DNA of 64,000 nt from the human T2T-CHM13v2.0 reference genome, Homo sapiens: assembly GCF_009914755.1 (NCBI RefSeq), contig NC_060927.1; one strand, written 5' to 3'. The notes under the pieces were generated by a model, which saw only the letters and a list, made by a program, of their open reading frames with translations, did no database searches and was not told where the DNA came from. The position numbers were made by a program, and so were the translations under genes. Positions 1 through 15,738 of the stretch are shown piece after piece; the stretch's first letter is position 1; each line of letters opens with the position of its first letter.

Positions 1-173
1 AAAGGCTCTTAAACATATAAAAAGTTGCATAACTTCACAGTAAAAGAAAAGCAAATGAAAACCACACTGAGTGACAGATAAATGCAGTAAGTTAATCTTG
101 ATTGGATCCTGGACTGGAAGAGATGCAATATTTTGGGTAAATTAGGGGAAATTTTAGTATAGACTAATATATT

Positions 174-370
174 CAGGGGTCAGTGATCTTTTTCTGAAAG
201 AGCCAGATAATAAATACTTTGGATTTTGCAGACCTTATGGTCTTTGATTTATCTACTGACCTGTTACAGCACAGAAGCAGATGTAGATAATACCCAAGTA
301 ATGAGTGTGGCTGTGTTTCAATTAAACTTAATAAAAACTGGCAGTGGGCCATACTTGGTCATTCATGCAT
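174..370 (+). mobile_element. hAT-Charlie MITE (MER58-like)
   Basis: Starts CAGGGGTCAGTGATCTTTTTCTGAAAGAGCCAGATAATAAATA, resembling the MER58A consensus from memory; degenerate 3' TIR. Confidence 0.55.
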
Positions 371-529
371 TAGATGATATTAGTAAACTGATGTTAAATA
401 TCTTGTGTGTTCAGAGATAGTGAGATTGTGGTTATATAGGAGAAAACATCTAAAGTAGGTAGGGGTAAAATATTGTGATTGATGTCTCCCTCCAAAAAAA
501 TTGTACAAGTATATGCAAAAAAATAAAAA

Positions 530-614
530 GCCAGGCAAAGTGGTAGGTGCTTATAGTTCCAGCTACTCCGGAGGCTGAGGCAGGAGCATTACTTGAGCCC
601 AGAGGTTTGCTTTA

Positions 615-662
<48 letters not shown>
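530..662 (+). repeat. Truncated Alu monomer with poly(A) tail followed by (TA)n microsatellite
   Basis: GCCAGGC...CCAGCTACTCCGGAGGCTGAGGCAGGAG, then an A-run and (AT)n at 632-662. Confidence 0.8.
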
Positions 663-666
<4 letters not shown>

Positions 667-1888
667 TACACACACATACATATGTGTGTGGGGAGGGGTT
701 TTATAAGAATTGGTTAAGCTGAGAGGAGGAGGAGCAAGATGGCAGAATAGTACCCTTCAACCATCGTCCTCCTGCAGGAACACCAAATTGAACAACTATC
801 CATGCAACAAAATACCTTCATAAGAACCAGAAATCAGGTGAGTGATCCTAGTACCTGGTTTTAACAGCATCTCAAGGAAAGAGGCATCGAAGAGGGTAGG
901 AAAGACACTCTTGCATTGCCTACACCACCCCTTCCCTATCCCCTGGCAGTGTGCGGAGATAGAATCTGTGTGCTTGCAGGAGGAAGAGCAAAATGATTGT
1001 GGGACTTTGCATTGAAACTCCAGTGCTGTCATATCACAATGGAATACAACACAGGGCAGAATTCTGCCAGCACCCATGGAGGGAGCATTCAGACTAGCCC
1101 CAGCCAGAGGAGAATCTTCCGCCCCAGCGGTAGGAACCTGAGTTGCAGCTAGTTCCACCACCAGTTGAGTAAAGTGGACTTGGGTCCTGAATAAATTTGA
1201 AAGGCAGTCAGGCCACAGGACTGCATTCTTTTGGCACGTCCTGGCACTGTGCTGGGGTCAGAGCCTGTGGATTTGGGGTGCACACAACTCAGACACCAGC
1301 TCTGGTAGTGAAGGGATTGCCACTCCCACAACTTGAAGCAGTGGAGCTTGGGGAGGTGCTCTTTCCATTTGGGGAACGGAGAGGAAAGAGTACAGAATAT
1401 TGTGTCTTGCAACTTGAGCACTAGCTGAGCCACAGTAAAATAAAGCACCAGTCATTCCTGAAGCCTCCAATTCTAGGCCCTAGACCCTGGATGGTATTTA
1501 TAGCCCCACCCTGGGCCAGAAGGGAACCTACTGGCCCTGAAGGGAAGGGCCCAGTCTTGGAAGAATTTACCACCTACTGAGTAAAGAGCCCTTGGACCTT
1601 GAATAAATATCAGCGGTCGCCAGGCAGGAGTTGCCACATGCCTTGGGCAAGACCCAGTACTATGCTGTGTTCAGTTGTGACCCAGTCCAGTGCCAGCTGT
1701 GGTAGCCATGGGAGTGCTTGCACCACCCCTCCCTCAACTCCAGGCAGCCCATCATGGAGAGAGAGACTATTTGGGGGAAAGTGAAGGAAGAGAATGAGAG
1801 ATCGCCTAATAATCTAGGAAATTCCTCTCCATCTTACCCAAGCACACCAAGGTGAGACCTCCAGGAGCCTGCAAGGGTCACAGTCTTA

Positions 1889-2399
<511 letters not shown>

Positions 2400-2501
2400 C
2401 ATGCAGGAAAACATGACTTCACCAAACTAAAGGCACCAATGACCAATCTCATAGTGACAGAGATATGCAACCTCTCAGACAATTGAAAATAGCTGTTTTG
2501 A

Positions 2502-2868
<367 letters not shown>

Positions 2869-2902
2869 GAGATTGACATATTTTTTTAAAAAAATAAGCA
2901 GA

Positions 2903-3270
<368 letters not shown>

Positions 3271-4036
3271 TCAACAGCAAAATTGATCAAGCAGAAGAAA
3301 GAATTAGTAAGCTTAAGGACAGACTGTATGTAAATACACAGAGGAGAAAAAAGAATGAAGCAAACCTACAAGATCTAGAAGTCACAGGGCAAATCTGAGA
3401 GTTATTGGTCTTAAAGAGGAGGTAGAGAGAGAGAGAGAGGGTAGAAACTTCACTCAGATAGTAACAGAACTTTCCAAACCCAGAGAAAGGTATCAATATT
3501 CAGGTACAAGAAGGTCCTAGAACACCAAGAAGATTTAACACAAATAAGATTACCTCAAGGCATTTAATAGTCAAACTCCCAAAGGTTGAGGATAAAGAAA
3601 GAATCCTAAAAGCAGCAAGAGAAAAGGAACAAATAACATATGAAGGAGCTCCAATACATCTGGCAGCAGACATCTCAGTGGAAACTTTACAGGCCAGGAG
3701 GGAGTGGCATGTCAAGTGCTGAAGGAAAAAAACGTTTATCCTAGAATATCATACCCAGCGAAAATATACTTCAAACATGAAGGAGAAATACTTTCCCAGA
3801 CAAACAAAAGCTGTGAGGGATTTTGTCAATATCAGACCTGACCTATAAGAGATGCTAAGGGGAGCTCTTTAATCTGAAAGGAAAGGACATGAGTGAGCAA
3901 TAAGAAATCATCCAAAGGTACAAAACTCACTGGTATCAGTAAGTACACAAGAACAGAATGGCTTGACACACTAATTGCCGTGTGTAAGCCATATTTTGAG
4001 TAGGAAGACTACAAAGCCTATCAAAAATTATAATTA

Positions 4037-4411
<375 letters not shown>

Positions 4412-5253
4412 TTAAACTGTAGAGTTCTGTTTTCGTTTTCTCTTGACTTTTTTTTTTTTTGGTAACGAGTTATCAGTTTGAAATAGTTGTTTATAAGATG
4501 TTGTTTGCAAGCCTCATGAGGCTTTTATTTTGAGGTAACCATGTAACCTCAAAACAAAAAATCTACAACAGGTATACAAAAAATGAAAAGCAAGAAATAA
4601 AACTATACTACCAGAGAAAATCATTTCAACGCAAAGAAGGAAGGGAGGAAGGGAAGACCATAAAACAAGTAGAAAGCAGATAACAAAATGGCAGTAGGAA
4701 GTCCTTACGTATCAATAATAACATTGAATGTAAATGGACTAAAGTCTCTAATCAAAAGACACAGATTGGCTGAATGGAAAGAAAAATAAGACCCAACCAT
4801 ATGCTGCCTACAAGAAACTCACTTCACCTATAAAGATATACACAGACTGAAAGGGCTGGAAAAACCAGAACTCCTCTTTTTCCATACAAACAGAAGCCAA
4901 AAAAAGAGAGCAGAGTAGCTATACTTAATGTCAGGTAAAATAGGTATTAAGATAAAAATTATTAAAAAGAGACAAGGTCATTATATAATGATAAAAAGGT
5001 CAGACAATATAAAAATTATGTATGTGTGTATCTATCTATCTATCTATCTATCTGTCTCCACACATACCTAACACTGGAGCACCCAGATATATAAAGCAAA
5101 TATTATCTGAGCTAAAGAGAGATACCATCACAAAGAAGGCAAGAAAACAAACAAAAACGGAAAAGAGCCAGAGAGAGAGAGAGACTCAACAATGCAATAA
5201 TAGCTAGAGACCTCAACACCCCACTTTCATCATTGGACTCAAAATCAACAAAG

Positions 5254-5860
<607 letters not shown>

Positions 5861-5879
5861 GGGAGGGATCAAGATTTTT

Positions 5880-6830
5880 TTTTTCTTAGTATACTTTTCT
5901 TTTCCAATTTCATTGCTTTGGCACCATTATAGAAAGTCAACTGATCATATATGTGTAGGTCTACTTCTGGATTTTCTGTTCTCTTACAATGATGCCTATT
6001 TTTTATGTTAACACTACACAGTATTACTGTGTCTTCATAGTGTGTCTCAAAATCACTGTGAGTCTGGCAGCTTTATCCTTTTTCCAGATTGTTTTGGCAA
6101 TTCTGAGTCCTTTGCATTTTCATATAAACTTTAAAATTAGTTTGTCAAACTCTGTTGTTTAGTAAGCATGCTGGAATGATTGGGATTGTGTTTATACATT
6201 AGTTTGGGGAGAATGGACATCTAATAATAGTAAGCCTTTCAGTGTATGAACATGGTATATATCTTTGCATTTATTTTTTCTCAGTATTATCTGTAATTTT
6301 TAGTGTATACATCTTACATATACATTCTTGTTAAATGTATCCTTAAGTATTTCATGTTTCTGAATTGGCTATGAACAGAATTTTAAAAAATATTATCTTC
6401 TAGTTGTTTGTATATAGAAATACAGTTGATTTCTGTATTTTGACTTTGTATCCTCTGACCTTACCAAAGTCATTTATTACTTCTAGGAGCTTTTTTGTAT
6501 ATTCTGTGAAATTTTCATAGACACTTATAAGTAGTGACAGTTTTATTTCATTCTTTGCAATCTGTATGCCATTTTTTCCTTGCCTTACTGCACTGGCTAA
6601 GACTGGCTGCAGTGTTGAATAGAAGTAATGAGAGAGGACATCTTTCCCTAGTTCTCAGTCTTGGAAAGCATTCAGTTTTTCACTACTGTGTATGGTGTCA
6701 GCTGTAGGCTTTCCTATTATTCCTATTTTCCTGAGAGTTTTTAATCATAAGTAAATACTGAATTTCATCAAATGCTTTTCCTGCATCTAAGCAGATGAAC
6801 CTATGGTTTTTCTTCTTTATTCTGCGAATG
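5880..6830 (-). mobile_element. Old L1 ORF2 fragment, antisense
   Basis: Minus-strand translation KNHRFICLDAGKAFDEIQY resembles the L1 RT motif ISIDAEKAFDKIQ. Confidence 0.75.
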
Positions 6831-7105
6831 GGACCCAAACTGAAGGAGCAGCACCTTTCCTGAGACATGGCAGTCTCACATGGTAGCTCTGAAAGTTTCA
6901 ATCTGATCGTGACATAACTTCACTTCTGCTTATTACATCCTTTTGATTAAAGCAAATCACATGACAGGACTACACTTCTCTCTTTGGGAGGGCAGAGAAG
7001 TCACATGGCAATGGGCAAGTCTGTATAATCTTCTCACAGGGAGGGCAACAAATAATTGGGGTCAGTGATACAATCTGTCATGCACATTGTTCTTAATTAT
7101 GTGTA

Positions 7106-7460
7106 CAGGTTAAATATCCCTTATTCAAAATGCTTGGGACTAGAAGTGTTTTGAACTTTGGACTCTTTCAGATTTTGTAATATTTGCATATATATAATGA
7201 GATATTTTGGGGGTAGAACCAAAGTCTAAACACAGAATTCACTTATGTTTCATATTCACCTTAGATGCATGCCCTAAAGGTAATTTACAATATTCTTAGT
7301 AATTTTGTATATGCAACAGTTTATGTACATTGACCCATCAGAAAGTAAAAATGTCACTACCTCAGCCACCCCTGTGGACAGTCTGTGGCATCATGTCAGC
7401 ACTCAAAAAGTTCCAGATTTTGGAGGATTTCAGGTTTTTGGGTTAGAGTTACTCAGCCTG
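7106..7460. mobile_element. Tc1/mariner Tigger4/MER46-type MITE
   Basis: TA|CAGGTTAAATATCCCT ... AGAGTTACTCAGCCTG|TA: imperfect TIRs and TA target duplication. Confidence 0.8.
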
Positions 7461-8386
7461 TATAAAGCTCTATGTATGTCTATGTTAGTGTGTTAGAAGA
7501 AGAAAATGATTTGGAAAGATAGGTGAAGTGTATCTTTTTCTGTATTTTCTAATTTTTATACAAAAATCTGTTTTACAATGTAGAAAACATTACTTTTTGA
7601 GAAGAATATACATCTGGTTTTATTTACTACTGTATTCTAAATATGATTCCTTGTTTTAGATACTCGGAATTAAAAAAAAAAGGATACTCAGAATTTTTAA
7701 TCTGGAAAGGAACATTGTTTATTATTTTCACTATTTCCTTCTACCCACCTCACTCCCCCAGGTTTATGGATGCAGAAACTGAAAAGCTTAAGTGATTTTG
7801 CTCCAAGGTCATGAAGACTTAACAGAAGATTCATTTAGAGCAGGACACTATTTGAGTATCAGAAAGCGAGAAGGAAATCTTGGGAAATTAGTTTCAGAGA
7901 ATATAAGGTAGTTTAAAATGTTTTAACCCAAGTAATCACCAAATTATGCTAAAAAATACCTGAGAAGGGAAATTGATTCACTCTTTTACAAATGTATGTG
8001 GAGCACTTACTACTTTATCACCCACTCTACAACTGGAATTTTGAGTGGAATAGCAAGCATTTCTAGATTGTAAAGGGATATATATTATGATATAAAATAT
8101 GTGTTAGGATTGTAAAGGATGCATAAGGTATTATCAAAGATGTTTTTCTCAATTTTGACATTTGAGAGACCCAAGCAAGTAATCATAATAATAACTAAGG
8201 TATTTGGCTACTTATAATGTGCTAAACAGAGTTGTATGCATTTTACACATATTCTTTTATTACTCTTAAAAACTTCATAAGGTAGGTACTATTTTCTATC
8301 CATTTTATTAGTTGCGGAAATCAAGGTGCAAAGAAGCTAAGGAAATTACCAGTCATGTGACTAATACGTGGAAGAGCCACAATTTG

Positions 8387-8515
8387 AACTTGAGCAGACT
8401 TGCTTCAGAGCCCATGATCTTAACTGCTGCTTATATCATGTCTGTTGAACGAGTCTAACTTGAGCAGACTTGCTTCGGAGCCCATGATCTTAACTGCTGC
8501 TTACACCATGTCTGT
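8387..8515. repeat. Tandem duplication, period 70 bp, at the end of a MIR fragment
   Basis: AACTTGAGCAGACTTGCTTC(A/G)GAGCCCATGATCTTAACTGCTGCTTA..CATGTCTGT at 8387 and again at 8457. Confidence 0.9.
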
Positions 8516-8519
8516 AGAT

Positions 8520-9107
8520 GCAGTTTCAGGGTCTCACTCCGTCGCCCAGGCTGGAATGCAGAGGTGTGATCATGGCTCACTGCAGCCTCGACCTCCTGGG
8601 CTCAGTGATCCTGCTGCTTCAGCCTCCCAAGTAGCTGGGACTGCAGGCATGCACCACCACACCTGGCTGATTTTTTATTTATTTATTTTTCTTGAGACAA
8701 GGTCTGGCTCTGTCACCCAGGCTGGAGTGCAGTGGTGCAATCTCTGCTCAGTGCAACCTCCGCCTCCCAGGCTCAAGCCATCCTTTGAACCTCAGCCTAC
8801 CAAGTAACTGCGACTACCAGTGCACACCACCACGCCCGGTTAGTTTTTGTATTTTTTTGTAGATACAGTGTTTCGCCATGTCACCCAGGCTGGTCCTGAA
8901 CTCTTGAGCTCAAACCATCTGTTGGCCTCTCAAAGTGCTGGGATTACAGGCGTGAGCCACTGAGCCCGGCCTGATTTTTTATTTTTTTGTAGAGACAGAG
9001 TCTCATTATGTTGCCCAGGCTGGTCTCAAACTCCTGGGCTCAAGCAGTTTTTCCGCCTCAGCCTCCCAATGTACTGGGATTACAGGTGTGAGCCACCGTG
9101 CCTGGCC
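8520..9107 (-). mobile_element. Nested Alus: younger Alu (about 8670-8972) inserted in the linker of an AluJ
   Basis: AluJ arms split by a full Alu; flanking repeat CTGATTTTTTATTT at about 8667 and 8971. Confidence 0.85.
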
Positions 9108-9468
9108 CCTTATACCATTTTCTAATACTATGATTCCTTTCTAAACAAGAGTTGAATCCAGGTTAAATATGTATATGAGAAAATGAGGTAAACAAGGAGC
9201 CAAGTCTTCAGGCACTTGACACACAGGTTTAGTAGATTAACTGGAAAACTGTACTTTGTATATCTTTATTTTTGTATTATTGTTGTGTATTATAGCTTAA
9301 TAGTTACAAGCATGGGCTTAGAGTAAGACCTGGGTTCAAATTCTGGTTCATTGCTTCCTACTTTTTTGCCCTTGTGCAGGTCAAAGGTCAGCAAATGGAA
9401 GCTGCTGGTTTTTGGTGGTTTGGATAGCCTGTGGTGATGGCTGCATTTCTTTCTCTTTTCTTGATCAG

Positions 9469-9606
9469 GTGGATTTGTTTAAAAAGAGTCTTCTGTTGAT
9501 TCCTATTCACCTGGAAGTCCACTGGTCTCTCATTACTGTGACACTCTCTAATCGAATTATTTCATTTTATGATTCCCAAGGCATTCATTTTAAGTTTTGT
9601 GTAGAG
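9469..9606 (+). CDS. SENP5: SENP5 SUMO protease coding exon (catalytic His and Asp)
   Basis: ttgatcag|GTG...GAG|gtaagt; 138 nt, VDLFKKSLLLIPIHLEVHWSLITVTLSNRIISFYDSQGIHFKFCVE, with peptidase C48 motifs HW and YDS. Confidence 0.97.
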
Positions 9607-9949
9607 GTAAGTTAATATACTGCCTATTTTTTCATTTATTTTGTAATTGGCCAAATAGCATCTTAGCTCTAGATAGAACAGCAGCAGTCAAAACCATATA
9701 GGAACAGTTTATGTCATGAAAATCCTCCAAAGTGTTAGCTGAGAAAAGGACTAGAAGAGGAATCTCTGGCTGAGGAGAGGATCTGTCTAGGATCCAGATC
9801 CCCCTCTGAGATACTCCACTTGGATTTTCTCTGCTTTTCCCTTAAAACTACATCTTGAATGTGGTTAGAAATTGTTTTTCTTTGATCATCTTAGAGCTAA
9901 AATTGGCCTGTATCTGCAAAATAACTCCTGTAGAATAAACTATAACCTA

Positions 9950-11060
9950 ATGGAATCAATTGACAAAATATTAGTGTTCAGCTAATAAACAGATGGTGGG
10001 ATACAAAATCAAGAAAAATGAGTAGGTTTCCGGATTTTCCTGCACTACCAAGAACCAGTAAGAAAATGTAACTGGGAATAAGATTCCATTTATAAAAGAA
10101 ACAAAACATAAATAACCCAGGAATATGCCCTAGGAAGAAATGTGGAAATTCTTTATTATGAAAACTCCTAAAGCTTTAAGTACTTAAAAGAAATCTGTAC
10201 AAAACTGTAAAAGTATTTGAATGAAATATGGAAAATGTTATGTTCACAGAGTGGGGAAGGACTTCTTAACATGGAACCAAAGAAAAGACATAAGGAACAA
10301 TTGGATAAATTTAACCACCTAATAATTTAAAACTTCTGTATATCATAAAGTTAAAGGACAAGCAACAGACTTGGAGAAAATATGTATGATGCAAATAACA
10401 GACAATAACTATCCAGAATACATGGAAAACTCCTACAAATGAATAAGGGGAGGATAAAAGGACATAATAGAAATGGACAAAGGCTAATTTAGTAAATTTT
10501 AGGAAAAATGCAAATGACCATTTAAAAACACAGAGAGGTGTTCAGCCTTACCAGAAATTATAGAAATGCAAATGAAAACTACATCAGTTAAATTTTTTGC
10601 CCATTATGTTAGAAAAAGTGATGCTATTCAAGTGTCTATGTAAGTGTAAGGAAATAGGCATTCTCATATTTTCTGGTAGAGTGTATAAATTGATACAGCC
10701 GCTTGGGGATAGTTGCAGTTCTCATCAGTTCTAAGTGCTTTGTAAATTAAAAAGATACAAATTCTGTTGCATGTCAGTTCCATTTCTTGTTATCTACTGC
10801 ATAAAAATGCTTGTATATGCACACAAGAATGAGGCATGTGCGAGGATGTTCATGGCAGCATTATTTATAATAGTGCAAAATAAAACAACCCAAATTTAGC
10901 TCTAGCAAGAGAATAGCTAAATACACTATGGTACGGTATACCCATACTATTAAACTGACCATAGTAGTTAAATTGAATATAGTAGACCTTCAAGTCCTCA
11001 AATGGAAAGATGTCCAAGGCATAGAGCTTTAAAAAGCCAATTGTGGAATGATACGGTATA
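9950..11060 (+). mobile_element. Ancient L1M 3' fragments
   Basis: A-rich degenerate ORF2/3'UTR-like sequence (e.g. GAAATGCAAATGAAAAC, ATGTTCATGGCAGCATTATTTATAATAG). Confidence 0.6.
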
Positions 11061-12255
11061 GTACACAAATACATGCAGGTGTATGTGTAGACACATATAT
11101 ACATACATATTTGTAAGTAAAAAGGTGGGACCTTACCATTTTTTATATCAATGATTATTACCTTTGGGTAAGTGTAGAAAAGCAGGACTAATAGTTAAAG
11201 AGGATTTGGCCTCATTTTGCGTTTTTTTTTTTACAAGGAGAATATTTTCTTGTATTATTTGTTTAATTAACATTTAATTTAAAAATTAAGTATAATGCAA
11301 ACTATGAGGAAAATCAAGTTTTCGAAATCCACATTTTCATTTCCAAGAAATCCAGGAAAAAAAATACCCCAAAAACAAGAAGCCTCGTGGGCCCAGAGTT
11401 CTCACAATACCAGATGTGAGCGTCTTTTCCAGTTCCCTTCCCCTAATTCCTTGCCTTTCTCTCAACCAACATATTCCCATACCTGCCAGAGCCTGTCTAT
11501 ATTGTCTCTTTCCTAGACAGACCTGCAAAGGTATAACCAAAAGTGCAGCCATATCAGTGCCTTTAAGACTCAGATTCTGACAGGCAGAGGAGAGCAGAGG
11601 TGTTGGGAAAACTGTTTCAAGTAGGAACTATTTACTGTGCCTCTTGCTTTGTGCCAGGCACTGATGCTAGGGAGTCAGGTAGGGGCCAGAGAAACATTCG
11701 CCTTCATGGAGTGAATGATGGTTAAACAGGATTTTGTTTGTAAAACATGCAGTTGGGTTTAAGTCGATTTTGAATCATTAGGGCCTGGTTCTGCACAGTA
11801 ATAAAAATTCATCTTCTGAATTTTTGCCCAAGCCCTCCTGCAGAGTTCTTACCTTTTCAGCAAAATTACAATTGGCCTAATAATTTTGCACATTTGCAAA
11901 AAGACCCTAAGAACAGACTCCTTTTAGGTGATAGCTAGAAGTCATTTAGAGCCAAATACAGTTCAGTCATCTGGCCAGGTGGGGTCAAGCTGTTTTTAGT
12001 TTTAAGAGGATGTAGGGGTTGTAGAAGTGGCTCTTAACTAAGGGGCCTGTATTTCCAAAGAATTGACAAAAAGTGTTTTAAACAGTCACCACATAAATGT
12101 GTAGATTCCATGACAGCAGAGACTACAAGAGCTTTATTCACTAGTGTCCCCAGCACTTGAACCCTTAGAGATGCTCAGTACATTTTGAGTGCCGGTGACC
12201 ATTTTTAAGGACAAATCCTTTTTGCCTGTATTTTACTTAAGAATGTACATATACT

Positions 12256-12555
<300 letters not shown>

Positions 12556-12692
12556 TTATATATACTGCTTATTCTGAGAACTTGAAGTTACTTCTTTAGA
12601 GGGAGCAGTGCAACATGCTGTCATACTTTGTTGGATATTAAGTATTTGCTTTCATCATGTTTTTTCTTCTGAAGAGGTGGCTTCCAGTCCAC

Positions 12693-12997
12693 CTTTTTTT
12701 TTTTTTTTTTGAGTCAGAGTCTCACTCTGTCCCCTGGGTTGGAGTGCAGTGGCCCAGTCTTGGCTCATGGCAACCTCCGCCTCCTGGGTTCAAGCGATTC
12801 TCATGTCTCAGCCTCTGGAGTAGCTGGGATTACAGGTGTGCACCACCACACCTGGCTAATTTTTGTATTTTTAGTAGAAATGGGGTTTCACCATGTTGGT
12901 CAGGCTGATCTTGAACTCCTGACCTCACCTCATGTGATCCACCTGCCTCAGCCACCCAAAGTGCTGGGATTACAGGTGTGAGCCACCGCGTCTGGCC
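12693..12997 (-). mobile_element. Alu (AluS)
   Basis: Reverse-complement dimer; flanked by GTCCAC repeat. Confidence 0.95.
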
Positions 12998-13540
12998 CTG
13001 GTCCACTTTTGTTGGGGGGTGGGGTGGGTTATTCACATAACCTCTGACTTCACTCTTGATGTGGAGAGAGACGCACAGAGGTTGAGAGCACTGGGGACAT
13101 TTTGAAACTCCAGCAGGCTTCATCTTGGTAGATAGTTCAACAGTGGACTTGAGCATATTTAGTATTCAGAAGGAATTTTAGTATTACTTTCCAGAAGCTG
13201 AATGTTAACCTTTTCTGCAGCCCTCAAAAATAAGGAGTGTATCAGAATATCTAAGGCTGGAATATTTTTCATTTAGTTTTAGTTATTAATGATGTCTGCC
13301 ATGGGTTCCTTTCCTCTGTTGAGCATGGGCAATGATGAAGACTTTCTTTTTGACTTGCCAGTATGTAAGTTTCAAATGCAGCAAGCTGACTTACTGCTGG
13401 GAAGGGCTGGCTAACCATCTCATAAAACGTTCTGATTACACAAATGCCAGCGTCCACAGTCTTGATGCATACCTTGAATACAGAAGGTCTGACTCCCCCT
13501 TAACAATATGAAATGAAGAGTCTGAAATAAAGTCCCGGCT

Positions 13541-13711
13541 TTAGCCGGGAGCGGTGGTGTACACCTATAGTCCCAGCTACTTGGAAGGCTGAGGTAGGAG
13601 GATCTCTGAAGCCTAGGAGTTCAAGGCTGCAGTGAGCTATGATCACGCCATTGTACTCCAGCCTGGGTGACAGAGCAAGATCCTCTCTTTAAAAAAAAAA
13701 AAAAAAAAAAA
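13541..13711 (+). mobile_element. Alu monomer (AluJ right arm/FRAM)
   Basis: TTAGCCGGGAGCGGTGGTG... followed by poly(A). Confidence 0.85.
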
Positions 13712-13850
13712 TTGTTCCAGCTTCTTAATGCATATTCTGCCCAGTTATGGGGCCACAGCCTCCTCCTTTCCTTCTGTCTGCTATGGGCATGTTCCATTTT
13801 TCACCAACTGATGGAACACAGCATCTGTGTTGTGGTTTCTTTTTAACCAG

Positions 13851-13934
13851 AATATAAGAAAGTATTTGCTGACTGAAGCCAGAGAAAAAAATAGACCTGA
13901 ATTTCTTCAGGGTTGGCAGACTGCTGTTACGAAG
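13851..13934 (+). CDS. SENP5: SENP5 coding exon
   Basis: ttttaaccag|AAT...AAG|gtaagt; 84 nt, NIRKYLLTEAREKNRPEFLQGWQTAVTK. Confidence 0.95.
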
Positions 13935-14949
13935 GTAAGTATGTGATAACAATGAAACCCAGGCATGTCCAGGGGATGGAATTATCTAAGGGTGGGTGCC
14001 TTTAAGAGCATTTGAAGACTAGTGACAGAGATACCAAGGAGAGCCTGGAGGCTCCAGGGAGGCAGCTGAGAATGAACTTCAGTTGACTATTCATCATCGC
14101 TGCTCAGTTGCCCAGTGCTTCCCGGGAGCAAATCACTTCAGTCATTTCCTCCCTGAGGAAGTTGCTAATGATGTGTTTGCTCTTCTGGGGAAAAAAAAAA
14201 TCTTTTTTGGGTGGCACTTGCCTCTTGCATCATGGCTCTTATTTCCAGATGACCCATATAGACCCAGAGAAATGCTGAAATGACTATTTGGATCCACTGA
14301 GGGGGAGAAAGTGCATTGAGCTACTTGGCAGGCATGTGGGGAAGATAGTAGCCCAAGCGCTTCAGTCCCACCACTGTCTGGATGCAGCACCATGCTTGGC
14401 CCATGACATTCAAACTGTGGGGCAGAGTGCCCAGGCACAGCCGCTCATTCCTGTCGTAAATACCAGTGTCTTCATTGATGGTGGGCTGTGTTGTTTCCAG
14501 TGTTTTTGTGTATTGGATCTCATTTGATCCTTATAACCTGTGAGGTAGGCAGGTCATTTAGGGATAAGCATCGTCTTTATTTTGTAAATGAGAAAACTGA
14601 AGCCCAGGTGTGATTTTCCCCAAAGGACATCAAAACTATTGATACAGAGTCAGGTCCTTGAACACAGGTCTGTCTGGATCATTGACAGGATGTTATAGGC
14701 AGGATCTTGAAACAAACCTTTAACCCAAACCCAAAGAGACAAGATTTATTAGTTCACCCTTGAACCGAACCAAATGCTAAATTTTAAAATTAAGCTTAAG
14801 TTTTGTGTTTTGAATAACCTAGTATACCAGTTCAAACCAGAACTAGTAAATTTCCTGAATTTACCCAACTAAAAAATCTGGGTATTCTAAATTTAGTCAG
14901 GATCTTCTGTATTACCGCTTTGAGCAGAATACAGTAACCAGTTCTTTTA

Positions 14950-15237
<288 letters not shown>

Positions 15238-15687
15238 TTACCTTCACGATTTCTTTCAAAGAATAGGACAGGGTCGTGTGATGTGAGATCAGAAGTGAAG
15301 ACTGCTCAGCGGAGTTGTCGCCATCCTAGCATCCAGAGGCTGGGCCTTTGTTCTCCCAGGCACAGTTCCATTTTGACTCCACTGTCAATGAATTGATAGC
15401 AGAGCTCAGTATCCAAATGCATGTTTTAAAACAGGTTTTTACATTTGATTTCCCATTTCTCATATTTAGGTAAAACATTGTCCTATAAATTGGGGTTGCC
15501 ACCTGATAGCTCTTTTTATGTGGCCAGGTGCCTCCATAAAATTAGATGCTTGAGATATCAGATATACCAGCTGTCCTGGAGAGAGAAAAGTTTCCTATCT
15601 TTTGCGCATTTTTCCATAAAGGAGTTTTTCTTATCTGAAGAGAAGTAATGGATCTTGTTTTAATGACTATTTTGTTTTTCCCTTCAG

Positions 15688-15738
15688 TGTATTCCACAAC
15701 AGAAAAACGACAGTGACTGTGGAGTCTTTGTGCTCCAG
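15688..15738 (+). CDS. SENP5: SENP5 coding exon (oxyanion Gln and catalytic Cys)
   Basis: ccttcag|TGT...CAG|gtaaag; 51 nt, CIPQQKNDSDCGVFVLQ, matching the C48 motif PQQxNxxDCG. Confidence 0.97.
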
